A stretch of 62,846 nucleotides of DNA, filler included, from Collodictyon triciliatum (GCA_043381765.1; 6 parts of 6 records of this genome joined end to end with filler, not necessarily neighbours in it); one strand, 5' to 3'; positions 12,124 to 25,310 are shown, counted from the first letter of the whole stretch. Translations and numbers: made by a program. The notes: generated by a model from the letters alone, not told the origin.

Positions 12124-13480
12124 GAAGAATTTCGCATCAATTTTGTGTCATGACCAGCAAAAACTACAATTCCAATAATCCATTCAGTGTTACGGAGTTG
12201 GCAGCCCTGAAGTGAAGAGTGTAAAATAGATGAGCGAGGGGATGCAATTTTAATCGACTATTTCTTCATACATAATGACCTACCCTCAAAAGAATATGGT
12301 TACTGTCCAACGAGATTGTTTCGGAGCCTGCCATGGCAATGTTTCCTTCAAACTTGTATAATTGGTTATTAGGGTGTTCACATTTGATGACAGACTGGAT
12401 TAATTTGGCATAGTCTGGAGTTGCAACTATCGACCTTTCAATGTTTGTAGGGGCTTGTTTGACTTTGAGATTTGTTTCACTGCAATTACAAAAAGGAAAA
12501 AAAAGGAAAAAAAAACACAAATGTGCGATTGTATTAGTTATCTATAAAGAAGATCGCGAAGCTGAAATATAATGATGACAACAACGACAATAATAACATG
12601 CTCTTAAAATAGATAGAGACAAGATCATAAATGTTTTGGGATGGTAGAATCGAAATAAAAATTGTGTACCCATCCAGATTTGCAGTCTCGATATAACATA
12701 TACTATCAGCGACATTCGACTTTACAATCAGTAAGTCAGCCGGGAAGAACTCGCGGTCTTTGACTCTTACTATGTCTCCAACTTGAAGGTCTTTCCAAAT
12801 TGTGTTTCGAAAGTCTTTATTCGCATCGTCATAAGCCTCGATGGAGCGATTATTTATCTCGTCGTCTTGCTTATGGCGTAGCTAGTTATATAGAGGTTAT
12901 CATGGCTTTTCGTCGAGATAAAAAAAAATAAAGAAAATGAAGCAAACAATTCAAATGAACAGAATAAGAGAATCAAAGAAAAATGCCAACAAAGAACAAC
13001 TTACGAAATCTTCTCTTGCCTCCTTGATAGCAGATACTCCAAGGACAAAAAGAAGGGGTAGCATACTAAGATATGGGTTCACAGGGGAAACGCCTGGGAT
13101 GGCCTGTCATATATTGTAAACTCAGTGAATTCAAATTATTGGTGCCGATAGACTCCTCTTTTCCTTTTTTTTCTTTGCACCTCAATTTTTTTTCTTGCCG
13201 AAGATTACAGGGAAAAAAATAAGAAATAAATACAAGCATGTATTTGCGTACTTACTTGAATAATTGCGATGATTAGAAAGTAAAAATTTGCAAGTCTCTG
13301 AAACTGTTCAAACAAATTTCGAGGCAGAAAATCCCAAAAGTGGTACTTTGAGGTAATAACCATATTCTTCAAGTAGTGTTCATGCTGTGTTCCGACAACA
13401 ATCTCACGGTTCGGAGTGGAGAATTCATTCGATCCAGTCAGCCCGAGAAGGTCGAGACATTTGAGGAAGAAGTCGGCCAT
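12124..13480 (-). CDS. P4-type ATPase (phospholipid flippase), first five exons; truncated at the contig end
   Basis: [74 protein letters not shown] and [29 protein letters not shown] are diagnostic P4-ATPase motifs. Confidence 0.95.
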
Positions 13481-13635
13481 GGAAGAAGCGTGCGCTCGAT
13501 CAGCTACGTTGAGACGCGATAGAGAGAAGAGGTGTTATAGTAGCAGAAATAAAAACAAAACATAGCTTAAGTAAAATATAAATAAAAAAATAAACATAAC
13601 ATAAGAGTAAAACGAAACAATTATAAGAATATGAA

Positions 13636-13762
13636 ATAGGAATAATAGGAATAATAGGAATAATAGGAATAATAGGAATAATAGGAATAATAGGAATAAT
13701 AGGAATAATAGGAATAATAGGAATAATAGGAATAATAGGAATGATAGGAATGATAGGAATAG
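13636..13762. repeat. (ATAGGAATA)n 9-bp tandem repeat upstream of the P4-ATPase
   Basis: About 14 near-perfect copies. Confidence 0.95.
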
Positions 13763-13966
13763 AAAAGTCCTGCAAGAGGGAGGAGGGATAAAAAGTTTTT
13801 GTAAAAAACCTACGTTCTAAAACCTAAAACAAAATCGCAGATGTGTCCGAGGTACGACTATGACTCGTGGAGGGTTCAACGTTTCCTTTGCTTATTTTTC
13901 TGAAAGGTTTAATTCTTTTAGAAACTCTTTTGCTGAGACTCCTTTGCACGCCCCTTTTTATTTTTA

Positions 13967-14021
<55 letters not shown>

Positions 14022-14646
14022 TTATGACTGCATGGACATTACAAGACAAAACAAGGTTCTGATCAGGAGTCAGAACCACAGGCAAAGAAATACGCCTGAT
14101 AATAGTCCAGAAGGGATGACAACTTTTATTTTTGAACCAAAAGGGAATAATGGCTCGTTGGCTTTTTAATTGGTTTTTTGTTTTGTTTTGTGTGTGGCGG
14201 AGGACGCTGCGATCAGACCATTACGATCACGGTGTTGCCACACAGGCCCACGCCCAATCCACGAATCAGCAGGAAACAGCCAGTCGCAACGAGGCCCTTG
14301 GCCGCCGGGTGCCGTTTCTGCTATGGACATTTGCCTGCCGACCGCACAAGACCAACAGGCCGAAGCACCGCGCCACCGCAGAGGCACAGAGAACCAAGAG
14401 AGAAAGAGAGAAAAAAATAAAAGTCACAGAACAGAAAACACAAGCAAAAAGGGGGAATTCGTTGGGGGCTCCGGCCGAAACATTCAATTCCACAGCCCAT
14501 ATGTGGCGGATAGCACTCTGCACCCGAAGTGGACACATGAAGGGAGGGAGGGAGGGAGCCACCAACAGCGATAAATGGCAAGATACAGACGGCACGGCGC
14601 TTGGTTGCAGACAGACTTTATCAAAAGTACATTTCCGCGGGGCGGA

Positions 14647-15438
14647 CTATGAGCGGGCGTCGGAGCGGACAAAGTGAGGCTGGTGCCCGGCGTAGCCTGC
14701 AACGTGGCCGGCGGGGGGGAAGACGTCGCGGGCGCGTGTGGCCAGGGCGGTGCGCGTGTCGGCGGTTGCGGCCGGTTGCGGCAGGCGCGTGCTGCGGGCG
14801 CGGCCGACGGTCTCGTGCGCGTCCACAACGTGTCCGGCGTAGCCCGGCAGGAAGTCGGCCGAGGCGGGGCGGGGCTGTGGCTGCGACTGGGGGCGGGGCC
14901 GGGGGCGGGGGCGGCCTTTGGGGTCGGCCCCGAGGGGCAGCGTCACACCGGGCGGGTGGTGCGCGTGGCGGGCGGCGGCCTCGTGCACGTGCTGTGTCAC
15001 AGACCCTGCCGCAATGTACTCGTCCAGCAGGCGCGTGTCCGACACCCCGACAACGTCGCGCCGCCCCGGCCGGTGCCCCGCGTAGCCCGGCCCCGGCGTG
15101 TGCAGGGTGGTCGCCATTGTGGGCGGCACCGGCTGTGTCTGTGTCTGCGTCTGTGTCTGTGTCTGCGTCTGTGTCTGTGTCTGCGTCTGCCACCCCGGCG
15201 GCCCGCCAGGCTTCTGAGCGTAGTCCGGGATCGTGTGCGTGGTCTCGGAGACGCCCGTCATGCGCGCGTTGGGTGTCGGCGTCGCGCCCGGGTGCAGCGG
15301 CCGCAGGATCGACGGCTTCGGCGCAACGGTCAGGGCCCCGAAGCGGCGCAGCGGATCGTCGTGGATGTATGTGTCGCGCCCGCTGCCGTCCGCCCGGAAG
15401 TGCGCGTACCGGCTGCCCTTCTGCGTGTACTGGTACAT
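14647..15438 (-). CDS. PYG-repeat protein (PGYxGH motifs), candidate ciliary microtubule inner protein
   Basis: GC-rich ORF with PGYAGHRP, PGYAGHVV, AGYAGHQP and an N-terminal DGSGRDTYI. Confidence 0.65.
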   Translation of the reverse strand: MYQYTQKGSRYAHFRADGSGRDTYIHDDPLRRFGALTVAPKPSILRPLHPGATPTPNARMTGVSETTHTIPDYAQKPGGPPGWQTQTQTQTQTQTQTQTQTQPVPPTMATTLHTPGPGYAGHRPGRRDVVGVSDTRLLDEYIAAGSVTQHVHEAAARHAHHPPGVTLPLGADPKGRPRPRPRPQSQPQPRPASADFLPGYAGHVVDAHETVGRARSTRLPQPAATADTRTALATRARDVFPPAGHVAGYAGHQPHFVRSDARS

Positions 15439-16032
15439 GGCCTGCCGTCGGGTATTCTGTTTGCTATTGCGGTGGTCCTTTGTTATGCGCGGTGGCGGGG
15501 GAGGGGTTGGTGCATGTTTGCGTCGGTGCCGTCAGGCATACTCTGTGACAGACGCCGCTGCCTTGTGCGGGTGCGGGTGCGGGTGCGTGTATGTTTGTAT
15601 GTATATATAAAACGCGCAACCTCTGGTTTTCTTTTTTTTTTTTTTTTTTTTTGGTGATTCATTTTGATTGATTAGTTGCGGTGGGTGGTGTTCTTTGGTT
15701 GATTCATGTCCCGTTCTGACGTGCCATTGCTTTTTTGTTGGTCTGTAACTGCTTTCCGTTACGTGTCCGCATTGGGTGGGCGTTACTTTTTCTTTTCTGG
15801 AACATACAGTGCGGGGTTGGTTGTCTGACACGCCAAAAAGTTTGGATTCTTTTGGGTGGATTACCATTCAAAACAAACACAAAAACAAATACAAAAAAAA
15901 TTAGGTTCTTTATTTTTTTTTTTCGTTTCCTCGTTCACAATATCATATTTCAGTTCATTTTTCATTTCATTTCCGTTCTTAAATTTTTTTTTTTTTTTTT
16001 TTGCCGCCTGGGTACATAAATCAAATTCCTGT

Positions 16033-18519
16033 TCAGACTTTCAACGACTGCACAATCGAAGGAACCAAGGGGACTCTTAAATACGAACCATCAAAAGCTG
16101 CCGTCTTCAGAGGTCTTATTGTCATAAAAAATGCTCTCTTTGTGTAAATTATCCCATTATTCAACAGAATCGTCTTCATCAATCCTAAGTTTGACCATGT
16201 ACCCAAAGGTGTACTTATTTCGATCAAGTGATTTCCTTCATACGTGTTGGCTGATATTAAACACAAAAAAAGAAAAGAGAATGCATAACCTATATGTAAG
16301 ATCAAAGAGGTCGTAGAAGATGCTATCTTTCGTTCAATAGAGCTCCTCTTCATCACTTGCTTAAATAGACTGCCCTCCTTCGTGCACTTGGACGCCAAAT
16401 CTTTGACATGATTTCGAAGTAACTTTGATAACTCTGTCGCTCCGTATGCATCGCACACAAGCATGCTTGCAATCCCCAATATGACCGCGTCTTCCATCGT
16501 CATTTGAATACCATGCTCTTTCCAACGTCGCAAAGTCTTGTCCAGTTCGATGGATGAAGGCTTGAAAGATATGGGATATGCATCTATAAACACCCCTGCT
16601 ACACACGAAAAAACAAATCCCATCAACCCGGCATAGGACATGGGGCTGCTCCATCCATATACAGAAATAGCCAACCCAAAAAGTAGGATTGTGTTGAACA
16701 ACAGGAATGATGACTCTACTGTATACATCGAGTGCATAATACACGCAGTAGGGAAAAGTAGAATGACGCAGACCATTCTCACTATGGCCAGTATTCCAAA
16801 AACTTTCAGATAAATCTCAAAAGAGGTTTTTTCATCCGCCATTAGAAAGAAGAAGAAAAAGATACCCAGGAACCAGGTTGGGATGGTTATGATGCCAAGT
16901 GTGACAAACATTTTGCGAACTCTTCTCCATATACCTTTGCCAAAGATGGTCTCTCCCAGCGTTTTGTTTGAATCCAGATATTTCCCATGGTAACCATCGC
17001 TCATGACGACAATCAACCGCGATTCCGCAGTGAGATGTACACTCGTTGGATCACTTTGTTTGCCCACTTGGGGTATGGATTTAAAATCGTGTTGATTGTT
17101 ACAAGGAGGTTCGTTTTTGATTTGGGTGACTATTATGACATCATTATCCACGTGGTCATTTTTCTTGGCTCCCGTATTCTCCTCATCTTTTACTTCCAAA
17201 ACTTTAACATCAGCATTATCAGATGATTTGTGTAATTGAACCATATCATTTTCTTTTAAGACTCTCTTTGCATATGATTCTATTGAATCGCCACATACTA
17301 ATATTTCCTCTTGTTTCCTTGCAGATTCCAACATTTCTATTCGTAGATATTCAAGAATCTGGCACCATTGTTGTGTCAGAGGTATCCTAAGGTATCGTTG
17401 AGCAGTCGTTGACATTGCCAAAGGATTGAATAGGGACCGGTAAAGCCTTTTTGAGGAAAAGTACAGGATGTTGATACAACTGATTCGGCACATCTCTTCA
17501 TTCGTCCAGCTGAATAAAAGTACTTGTATTGTAGAGACCCGGGCGTCTGGTATCAACCTTGCCTGAACAAGACCATAAACAAGAAATTGACAAACAATAA
17601 TCATGAAGATCGACAAGTGCGAATGAAATTTTATGTCCTTTACGTAAATCATAACACGGGCAAACAGCTCTTTAGAAAAGTTTACGTGCGGGAATGTTTT
17701 TAATACTTGCTTCCGAATTTGGTCTAAATCAATGTGATTTACCATCTTTGGGACAGGCGAACTTTCCAGTAGCATGTCATTGTTTATCCAGGCGTCTCTT
17801 AGGCTCTTTAACATCACTGGATTGGTTGATTCTTGAACAGAAATACTTTGATTCGTGCTCGTCAACGATGAGGACGTGGATTTCAAGCTGTTGAACCCTT
17901 TGTCACTTTTCATCATTTTCAGATAGCTGGAAACCCCTTTTTCAAACTTTGAGAAGCTGAATGGAAAGGCGTCCATGAATATCAGATTGATATGAGAAAA
18001 GAAGATAAAGACGAGGCAATGGCCTGCTCTGCCGTCCCAGTTTGTAATACTTCCGATAGAATACATCTGAGTTATCAGATTAATCACAAGAAAGTTATTT
18101 TCAAAGCAAGATGCTGCGAATAGGATGATATCTGGCTGGAATGGCTGTACGAAAAATGCGTAGTGCACAATTCCAATACAACAAATGATTTGCACGAGCA
18201 GTGCATACTCTTTGGATGGAAAGAGGAGCAATCCAAACCATAGAAAAACACCAACAGTACAAAATATTATTATCAGTATAGAAAAAGGTGGTTGATAAAC
18301 TCGTGTGAGTATCTTGCGCCATTTGACTCCAAATATTCTCTCTGCAATAGACGCTTTAACGTCGAAAACAAAGGCATCATCACTACGCACAAAAGCATAC
18401 GTCCTTTTCAAGGTCGATTCTCGAAAATGCTCCAATATTCTCAAAGGCTCACAGCTTGACCCATTTTCCAACATATGGTTTTCGTGAGGCTGATCACGCC
18501 CGAACCGATCGGTTGCCAT
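16033..18519 (-). CDS. Single-exon duplicated-domain membrane protein (paralog 2)
   Basis: 828 aa from the ATG at 18519. Halves are FENNFL..DAFPFSF..RIPLT and VESSFL..DAYPISF..RVPLV. Confidence 0.9.
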   Translation of the reverse strand: MATDRFGRDQPHENHMLENGSSCEPLRILEHFRESTLKRTYAFVRSDDAFVFDVKASIAERIFGVKWRKILTRVYQPPFSILIIIFCTVGVFLWFGLLLFPSKEYALLVQIICCIGIVHYAFFVQPFQPDIILFAASCFENNFLVINLITQMYSIGSITNWDGRAGHCLVFIFFSHINLIFMDAFPFSFSKFEKGVSSYLKMMKSDKGFNSLKSTSSSLTSTNQSISVQESTNPVMLKSLRDAWINNDMLLESSPVPKMVNHIDLDQIRKQVLKTFPHVNFSKELFARVMIYVKDIKFHSHLSIFMIIVCQFLVYGLVQARLIPDARVSTIQVLLFSWTNEEMCRISCINILYFSSKRLYRSLFNPLAMSTTAQRYLRIPLTQQWCQILEYLRIEMLESARKQEEILVCGDSIESYAKRVLKENDMVQLHKSSDNADVKVLEVKDEENTGAKKNDHVDNDVIIVTQIKNEPPCNNQHDFKSIPQVGKQSDPTSVHLTAESRLIVVMSDGYHGKYLDSNKTLGETIFGKGIWRRVRKMFVTLGIITIPTWFLGIFFFFFLMADEKTSFEIYLKVFGILAIVRMVCVILLFPTACIMHSMYTVESSFLLFNTILLFGLAISVYGWSSPMSYAGLMGFVFSCVAGVFIDAYPISFKPSSIELDKTLRRWKEHGIQMTMEDAVILGIASMLVCDAYGATELSKLLRNHVKDLASKCTKEGSLFKQVMKRSSIERKIASSTTSLILHIGYAFSFLFLCLISANTYEGNHLIEISTPLGTWSNLGLMKTILLNNGIIYTKRAFFMTIRPLKTAAFDGSYLRVPLVPSIVQSLKV

Positions 18520-19419
18520 ATGCAAAAGCAGAGCTGTAAATATTTGCAGTATCTCAGATACTGTCCTAAAATACAAATGGATGGATAGTAAATAATGAAG
18601 AATGAAAACATGAAATACAATATTAAGAATAGATTTTTAAGTAAAAGTTGAATAAAATAAGATGAAAATACGTATCGAGGAGAGAACGGAGCCTGTTAAC
18701 AGCAAAGGTATATCTTCCTCTAGTAAGTTTTTTTCCCCCCTCTTTTCTTTTAACTTACGACATTTCTTGGTCATATATCGTGCGTCAGGAATATTCTTTT
18801 CTTTTCCTTCTAACGTTCTCTTTACGAACGCCTCTGTTGTTGTCATTCTGCCCACGCCAGCGACAGGGAACTGGATCATTGTGACTGGTTTGGTGCGCAG
18901 CGAACTTTTTCTGCTTCGAAAATAAGCAAAATGTAACTGAATGTGGAATTGAACATAATTTAAAAATAAGACAAATTTGGACGCATACTTCACGTTCTTG
19001 GAAAATCTTGTTCAAGGGAGCAGTCGACGGACGCAGCTCTGCCAAGATAAGGACAAGCAATGGTGCGGTGACCGCACAACACTGGGTAGGGTTTCGGCCG
19101 CGCTATCGGCTCACTTTTGTTTCATCTCGTCTCTTTTTTTCTGTTTTTTTTTTCTGTTTTCTGTATTCTGTTTTTGTTTTTTTTTGTTTTTTGTTTTTTG
19201 TTTTTTGTTTTTTGTTTTTTGTTTTTTGTTTTTTGTTTTTTGTTTTTTGTTTTTTTGTTGAGGGCTCTTGGTGCGCATCTATATTGGCTTTGGGTCTCCT
19301 TACCGCATAAAAAAGCATGTTAATTTTAGTTGTCGCACAAACAGCGGTCGCGGCCACCTGCGATAAGAGTGTCAGCGGATGGGTCAATACCACAAAAGCA
19401 CTAATTACGATAAAAAAAA

Positions 19420-19800
19420 AACACAAAAACACACAAAAACACACAAAAACACACACAAAAACACACACAAAAACACACACAAAAACACACACAAAAACAC
19501 ACACAAAAACACACACAAAAACACACACAAAAACACACACAAAACACACACAAAAACACACAAAAACACACACAAAAACACACACAAAAACACACACAAA
19601 AACACACACAAAAACACACACAAAAACACACACAAAAACACACACAAAAACACACACAAAAACACACACAAAAACACACACAAAAACACATACAAAAACA
19701 CATACAAAAACACACACAAAAACACACACAAAAACACACACAAAAACACACACAAAAACACACACAAAAACACACACAAAAACACACACAAAACACAAAA
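19420..19800. repeat. (CACACACAAAAA)n 12-bp minisatellite
   Basis: About 30 copies, ending ~50 bp upstream of the ATG at 19852. Confidence 0.95.
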
Positions 19801-19851
19801 AAAAAAAAAACACATAGCCGATCGAGTTAAGAACACGCCAGCACAGCAAGG

Positions 19852-21237
19852 ATGAACTTTAGACCATCAGGTCAAAGACACAGCATGTCGTTTGTCTCTG
19901 GTGGCACGTTGGAGGTTGACGGTCTCTCGAACCACACCTCGCTGGCCGCCCCAAAAACCGCACAAGATCCTCCCGAGCCCATCCCAGCACAACTTGGCGG
20001 TGTCGCTTGCACATCATACCGCAAAACAATCGAGCTCAAGCCACCTCCGTTGCGTTCACTGCAGCCTGGTGTGAGTTCTGCTCCGGTGGAAGTCCGATCA
20101 AAGCCAAAGACCCTGCAGGATTCGCCAGCACCGGCCACGGCTCAGATGGCAGCCAGGAACCCAGCAAATGCCCAAGTCATATCGCTATGTGATTCAGACG
20201 CCAGCGACTCATCAGACTCGGATGTAGAGATTGTGGACTTGCATGAATCTTATAACGATAAAAGCTGTCATGATAGCGGTGACAATCATGATGACGATGG
20301 TGATGATGATGATGATGTCACTGTTGTATTCCCACACGCCGTGAATGATGAAGTGCAGTTTATTCGCAAGGTCCATGTTGTTGTAGATGCGTCTGTGGCA
20401 AACAAATATGGCACGACTCCCAACGCTCAAAAACCAAAGGCTGCTAATCTCAGCACTGATCCAGAAATCGAGGTATTGCCGAATGGTCCTGGCCCGCAGT
20501 TTGAGCTCTGTGATATCTGCGATTCACACTTTCCTGCCTCAGAGCTATTGGAACATTTGAAAAGCATCGCCCATCAAATTCGCATCACAGATACGCCGAA
20601 AGAGCCATTGAAACAATCCACGTCGATCGATCGGACGAGCATCGGGTACAAGATAATGAAGGCTATGAATTGGAAAGGCGAGGGACTAGGTCTTAATGAG
20701 CAGGTCTTTCTTCTTTTCTCTCCTCTCCCTTTTTCTTTTCTTTTGATTTTTCTTCTCAATATTTCTCGTTTCCTTTTTTTTTTTTATGTTCCATTCTCAT
20801 CTCCATGCTGATCAATATTTACTCGCCTCGTTTTATCCATCCTTGTTTGGATTGTGATTTATTTTCTCTCAAGAGAACAACAAAAATATGGCATATCGCA
20901 TAAATGAGATGATTTTCACATAATTTAAAATAGGGAACAATTTCCTGTTGCCAATATTTCAGTTTTTTTTTTTTTTAACTTTCTGTACTTGATATAATTG
21001 CAGGGTCCGCTGGATCCGATAAGCGTTATTTTCAAATCGGATCGAAAAGGTCTTGGATCTAAAGGCAGTAAAAAAACAGTGGATCAAGTAGTTATGAAAG
21101 GAAACATAAAAAGAAAGAAGGTTAGATTTATCGTTTCGTGCCATTGATATATTATCTATATAAGATGTATAAATCCAAATAATTTCTCTAATCTATGTTC
21201 AATACATCCTTGATATATTCAGAAAAGCAACAAATAA
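19852..21237 (+). CDS. C2H2-type zinc finger plus G-patch protein; exons 19852-20703 and 21004-21120, possible last exon ending ~21237
   Basis: CDIC..EHLKSIAHQ is followed by a G-patch split by an intron: SIGYKIMKAMNWKGEGLGLNEQ|GPLDPISVIFKSDRKGLG. Confidence 0.85.
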
Positions 21238-21949
21238 CCTTATTATTGGCATATATGATTAAGTTGAATATACCTATCGCACTCAATATATCCTGTAGCT
21301 CATTGATATAAACTATCTGTATAAAAATTCTTTTAGATGTTTACCAGGGTCAATTCTGCGTCGGACATATTGTGAATAAGAACCCCAACTCCCATAATTC
21401 AAATGTACTCTTCGAAGAGTTTAAGAACGTCTATAAATTCTTCTCTAATAAATGCAAATTCTCCTATCTATACAAATAGAACGAAATATTTTAAAAATTA
21501 ACAATCACATGTTTTGATTTAATTGAGGCTCAAATGACTTAAAAAAAAAACTTTCAAGACGAACTCGCATGTTTGTCCTAATAGTTGTGCAATTTATATG
21601 CTTGAATGAAGTGCAAAGCATCATATATATTTGACCTTATTAAAGGATTGATTTATTACATGCTCTTATATGATAAACCCGAAACAAGTGGAGAAAAAAT
21701 AGCGCACCACGAGAAATGAGCCGATTCAATGTATTATTAGTATTAATTCAGAGAACCCAAAGCTAGGAGTGATTTTGTATTTACCCCAGCCTAAACTCGT
21801 GCACCGATAGATGTTCTGGCCTGTGAATTCGTGTACGTTTTATAGGAAAGTCTACCATATTATTTTCCCTTCTATTAATTAATTTATTATTTGATTCAGT
21901 CAACATCCATTTGTAACATCATACAGGCAGATAATACCTTTAACAAGGT

Positions 21950-22024
21950 GGGCACTTTGAATCGAATAAAGGAAAAAAAAACCTTCAACAAGGTGGGCAC
22001 TTTGAATCGAATAAGGGAAAAAAA
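21950..22024 (+). mobile_element. Two tandem ultra-short retroposed tails (21950-21980 and 21995-22024)
   Basis: GGGCACTTTGAATCGAATAARGG-A(n) occurs twice, flanked and separated by three copies of ACCTTYAACAAGGT (21936, 21981, 22025). Confidence 0.85.
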
Positions 22025-22382
22025 ACCTTCAACAAGGTAGGAATTACCGCAACTCTTTTCCTTTACTAATGATTATTTGAGACCTTGACAAACCTCTGTG
22101 CTCTATACGCATCTCTTGAGGAAAACAATTTGATATTACATCTCTCTCTATCTATAAATAAAAAAATAACAATTCATAAACAAAACAAAATCATGAGTAT
22201 TAATGTTGCTTATCAGTCCATTTATTCTTTCCATCACAATTGTGTTTGGACGATGAGATGAACTTCTTGATGTTTAAATCCAATAATGCCTTGTAAGAGA
22301 ATACTATTTTGTACTAGCTTCAGTAACAAAAATAAAATAAAAAATAGAAAGCTACGCGAGGGAAAGACCAACATAAAAAACC

Positions 22383-22406
22383 TTTGAATCGAATAACGGA
22401 AAAAAA
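22383..22406 (+). mobile_element. Ultra-short retroposed tail
   Basis: TTTGAATCGAATAACGG-A7 between 13-bp direct repeats AACATAAAAAACC / AACAAAAAAAACC. Confidence 0.75.
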
Positions 22407-22450
22407 AACAAAAAAAACCATTATAATTATAAAAAATATCACTGGGGACT

Positions 22451-22570
22451 CATTATTTCCTCAGAATTCCATACATACATACATACATACATACATACAT
22501 ACATACATACATACATACATACATACATACATACATACATACATACATACATACATACATACATACATAC
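22451..22570. repeat. (ATAC)n microsatellite
   Basis: 30 copies. Confidence 0.97.
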
Positions 22571-22914
22571 GTCAATCCTCTGGTATCTCCTGGCATTCAA
22601 GATTTCAGAAAAAAAAAATTAACAAACAGGAGTATAACCAATTCCATGGGCTTTAAGTCCAGCCAAACTTTCAGTTCCAGGAGGCAGCAATTTCTGAAAA
22701 TTTGATTAGAGATTCAGCCCCAACAAGCGGGTGAGCAGAAAGACACCAACCGGAATGCTTGTGAGGTCTCTTTCTCTCCTTTGGAGTTCCGAGCCTGCGC
22801 ACTTCTAGAGCTCGGTGGTGCATGGCTGCTAGCAAAAACAAAAAGGAACAAACAGAGGACATTATCTTTATTCTGTCTGGTTCCGCGAGTAAGACTGAGG
22901 CAACCCTAGGACAG

Positions 22915-23710
22915 TTAAACAGCCAGGGCCCAAACAGATGCCAGCCAGTTGCTGACTGCTTCGTCGATGGCTTCCACACCGCCCCGAGGATTCAGAAACG
23001 ATTCCAGCACAGGCAGGGACTTGGTGGACAAGGAAGAAAGTGAAGCCACAGACGCATGAGTTTCGCTTTGGACAATCCCGTGGACTGATGGGGTTGTGCG
23101 TCCTCGCACAGACTCTGGAATGTGTTCGCTGGCTGGTGAGCTGTAGGCTGGTTGGGCCAGGCCTGTAATCATACGCTCTATCTCGCAAACACACGCGCGA
23201 AACTCAGCCTAATAGATGGATTCATGATTGGTTATGACGTGTGCTTTTTTTTTTTTTTTTTAATAGCCGTTCCTTACAAAAGCGTGTAAATTAGCTAACG
23301 GAAAATAGTGAATAAACAATCCCATAAATAAAAAAAGACAAGGAGAGGGCAATAACATTTAGATAATATAAATATATCGTGTCTGCGAGGTCCTTGGGAA
23401 AGGATGTGCGGAAGAATCTGACACAGATAAAATAGGGAAATGACCTCAAGTTCCTCTGTCGTGTTGGATTGCATTTGCCCAATAGCATCTGCGCAACGCC
23501 TTCGGAGTGTTTGGACGCGGTCCCAAAGCTGAACCAACAGTGCTGAGTTCACTTCTCGTCCCACCAGGAAGTATTTGCGTTCCCGCTCAACAACAGCACT
23601 TTTGTCTACTTTTTCACCCTTTCCAGCGACAACAGGAACAGGATTTACTGGAAGGGGCGCAGCACGCACGATATATGCCATCAAGAAAGTTCTCTTGTAC
23701 GGTTTGCTAA
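22915..23710 (-). CDS. 3' exons of a hypothetical protein
   Basis: The exon ..RKYFLVGREVNSALLVQLWDRV..TTEELE splices in frame across a GT-AG intron (~23444-23211) to AEFRACVCEIERMITG..WALAV*. Confidence 0.55.
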
Positions 23711-23855
23711 GATTTGTGATTATGAAGTCAAATTAGTAAAGTACAGAAACATGAAAACAAAACAATAAAAGAAACCCTGCAGAGTCTTGATTAGATGTTG
23801 CTAGCTCTACCCATTGCGTTATGATTTGTCCTGAAAATATTTTAAACATAAGTAC

Positions 23856-23950
<95 letters not shown>

Positions 23951-24919
23951 NNNNNNNNNNNNNNNNNNNNNNNNNNNNNNNNNNNNNNNNNNNNTTAATT
24001 AATTAANNNNNNNNNNNNNNNNNNNNNNNNNNNNNNNNNNNNNNNNNNNNTTTGTTTTTTTGTTTTTTTGTTTTTTTGTTTTTTTGTTTTTTTTGTTTTT
24101 TGTTTCTTGTTTCTTGTTTCTTGTTTGTCATCTGAAAAGAAACATGCTTATCGATGGATGAAATACAAATCTTTCTAATTGAAAAAATTCAAACAAAGTG
24201 AGAAAAAGAAATAGATGGGGACAAGAAAAAAATGAATAGAGAGGGAGAAAAGAATGAAAGCATGTCAACGACGCGGTTGCATCCGGCCTCTGTTCTTGCC
24301 CAGTTCAAAGCGGTGGATGAAAGGAGTTGTAAGTACAATGTGACGAGTGCGCCAAAGAACTTACCAACTGAAATTCTGCTGCAGTGGGTGGGACATAAGG
24401 CTTCGGCTCCTCCATTCCGATCCAGTGCCGCACTCTGCTTCGCAACTCCTCAAACGACTGATTGGCCACGTAGGGATCTTCTCGTGTCGAGCGGTTTGAT
24501 CGCGTAGAGCTGCGGCGACTGCCACTCGAGACAGAAGGCGACTGCATCTGTGCGTCTGTATTGAAACGTCTTCGTGTTATCAACTGTGTGTAAAAGCGCG
24601 GCTTATCTTTGCCTTTCGTGATCTGCCTTGGTGGCTTTGTGATTGTGGACTATCAGATCACTCGCTGCGCAGGCATCTACGCAACACAAAACGACTTGCA
24701 CCGTTACAAATAGAATGGTATGCTAATATGATATTAGGTATATAAATCTTAAAGTCAATTTCAGAATGTATGTAGACTTAAGAGGTAAAATAAGATTGCA
24801 TGACACTTGTTAATATTGATTCCACATATGTATTATGATATTAATCAATATCCATCTCCTGCCTATTCCGCTTGTGTTTGATCAATCCATCACAAATCAA
24901 AACAGATACAAAACCTGAA

Positions 24920-25310
24920 AAACACAAAAAAACACAAAAAAAACACAAAAAAACACACATAAAAAACACACATAAAAAAACACACATAAAAAAACACACA
25001 TAAAAAAANNNNNNNNNNNNNNNNNNNNNNNNNNNNNNNNNNNNAAAACACACATAAAAAACACACATAAAAAACACACATAAAAAACACACATAAAAAA
25101 CACACATAAAAAACACACATAAAAAACACACATAAAAAACACACATAAAAAACACACATAAAAAACATACATAAAAAACATACATAAAAACACACATAAA
25201 AAACACACATAAAAAACACACATAAAAACACGTAAAAACACACACACAAAACACACATAAAAACACACAAAAACACACAAAAACACATAAAAACACGCAT
25301 AAAAACACAC
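24920..25310. repeat. (AAAAAACACACAT)n-like minisatellite with an internal N gap
   Basis: CA-rich 12-14 bp units ending just before the ATG at 25322. Confidence 0.9.

Noticed and set aside
10309-13480. P4-ATPase-UPF2 fusion
   Set aside because: The two parts are separated by an artificial spacer and belong to different contigs.
21936-22038. CRISPR-like repeat-spacer pattern
   Set aside because: The 'spacers' are near-identical polyA-tailed inserts found elsewhere in the window. The context is eukaryotic and there are no cas genes.
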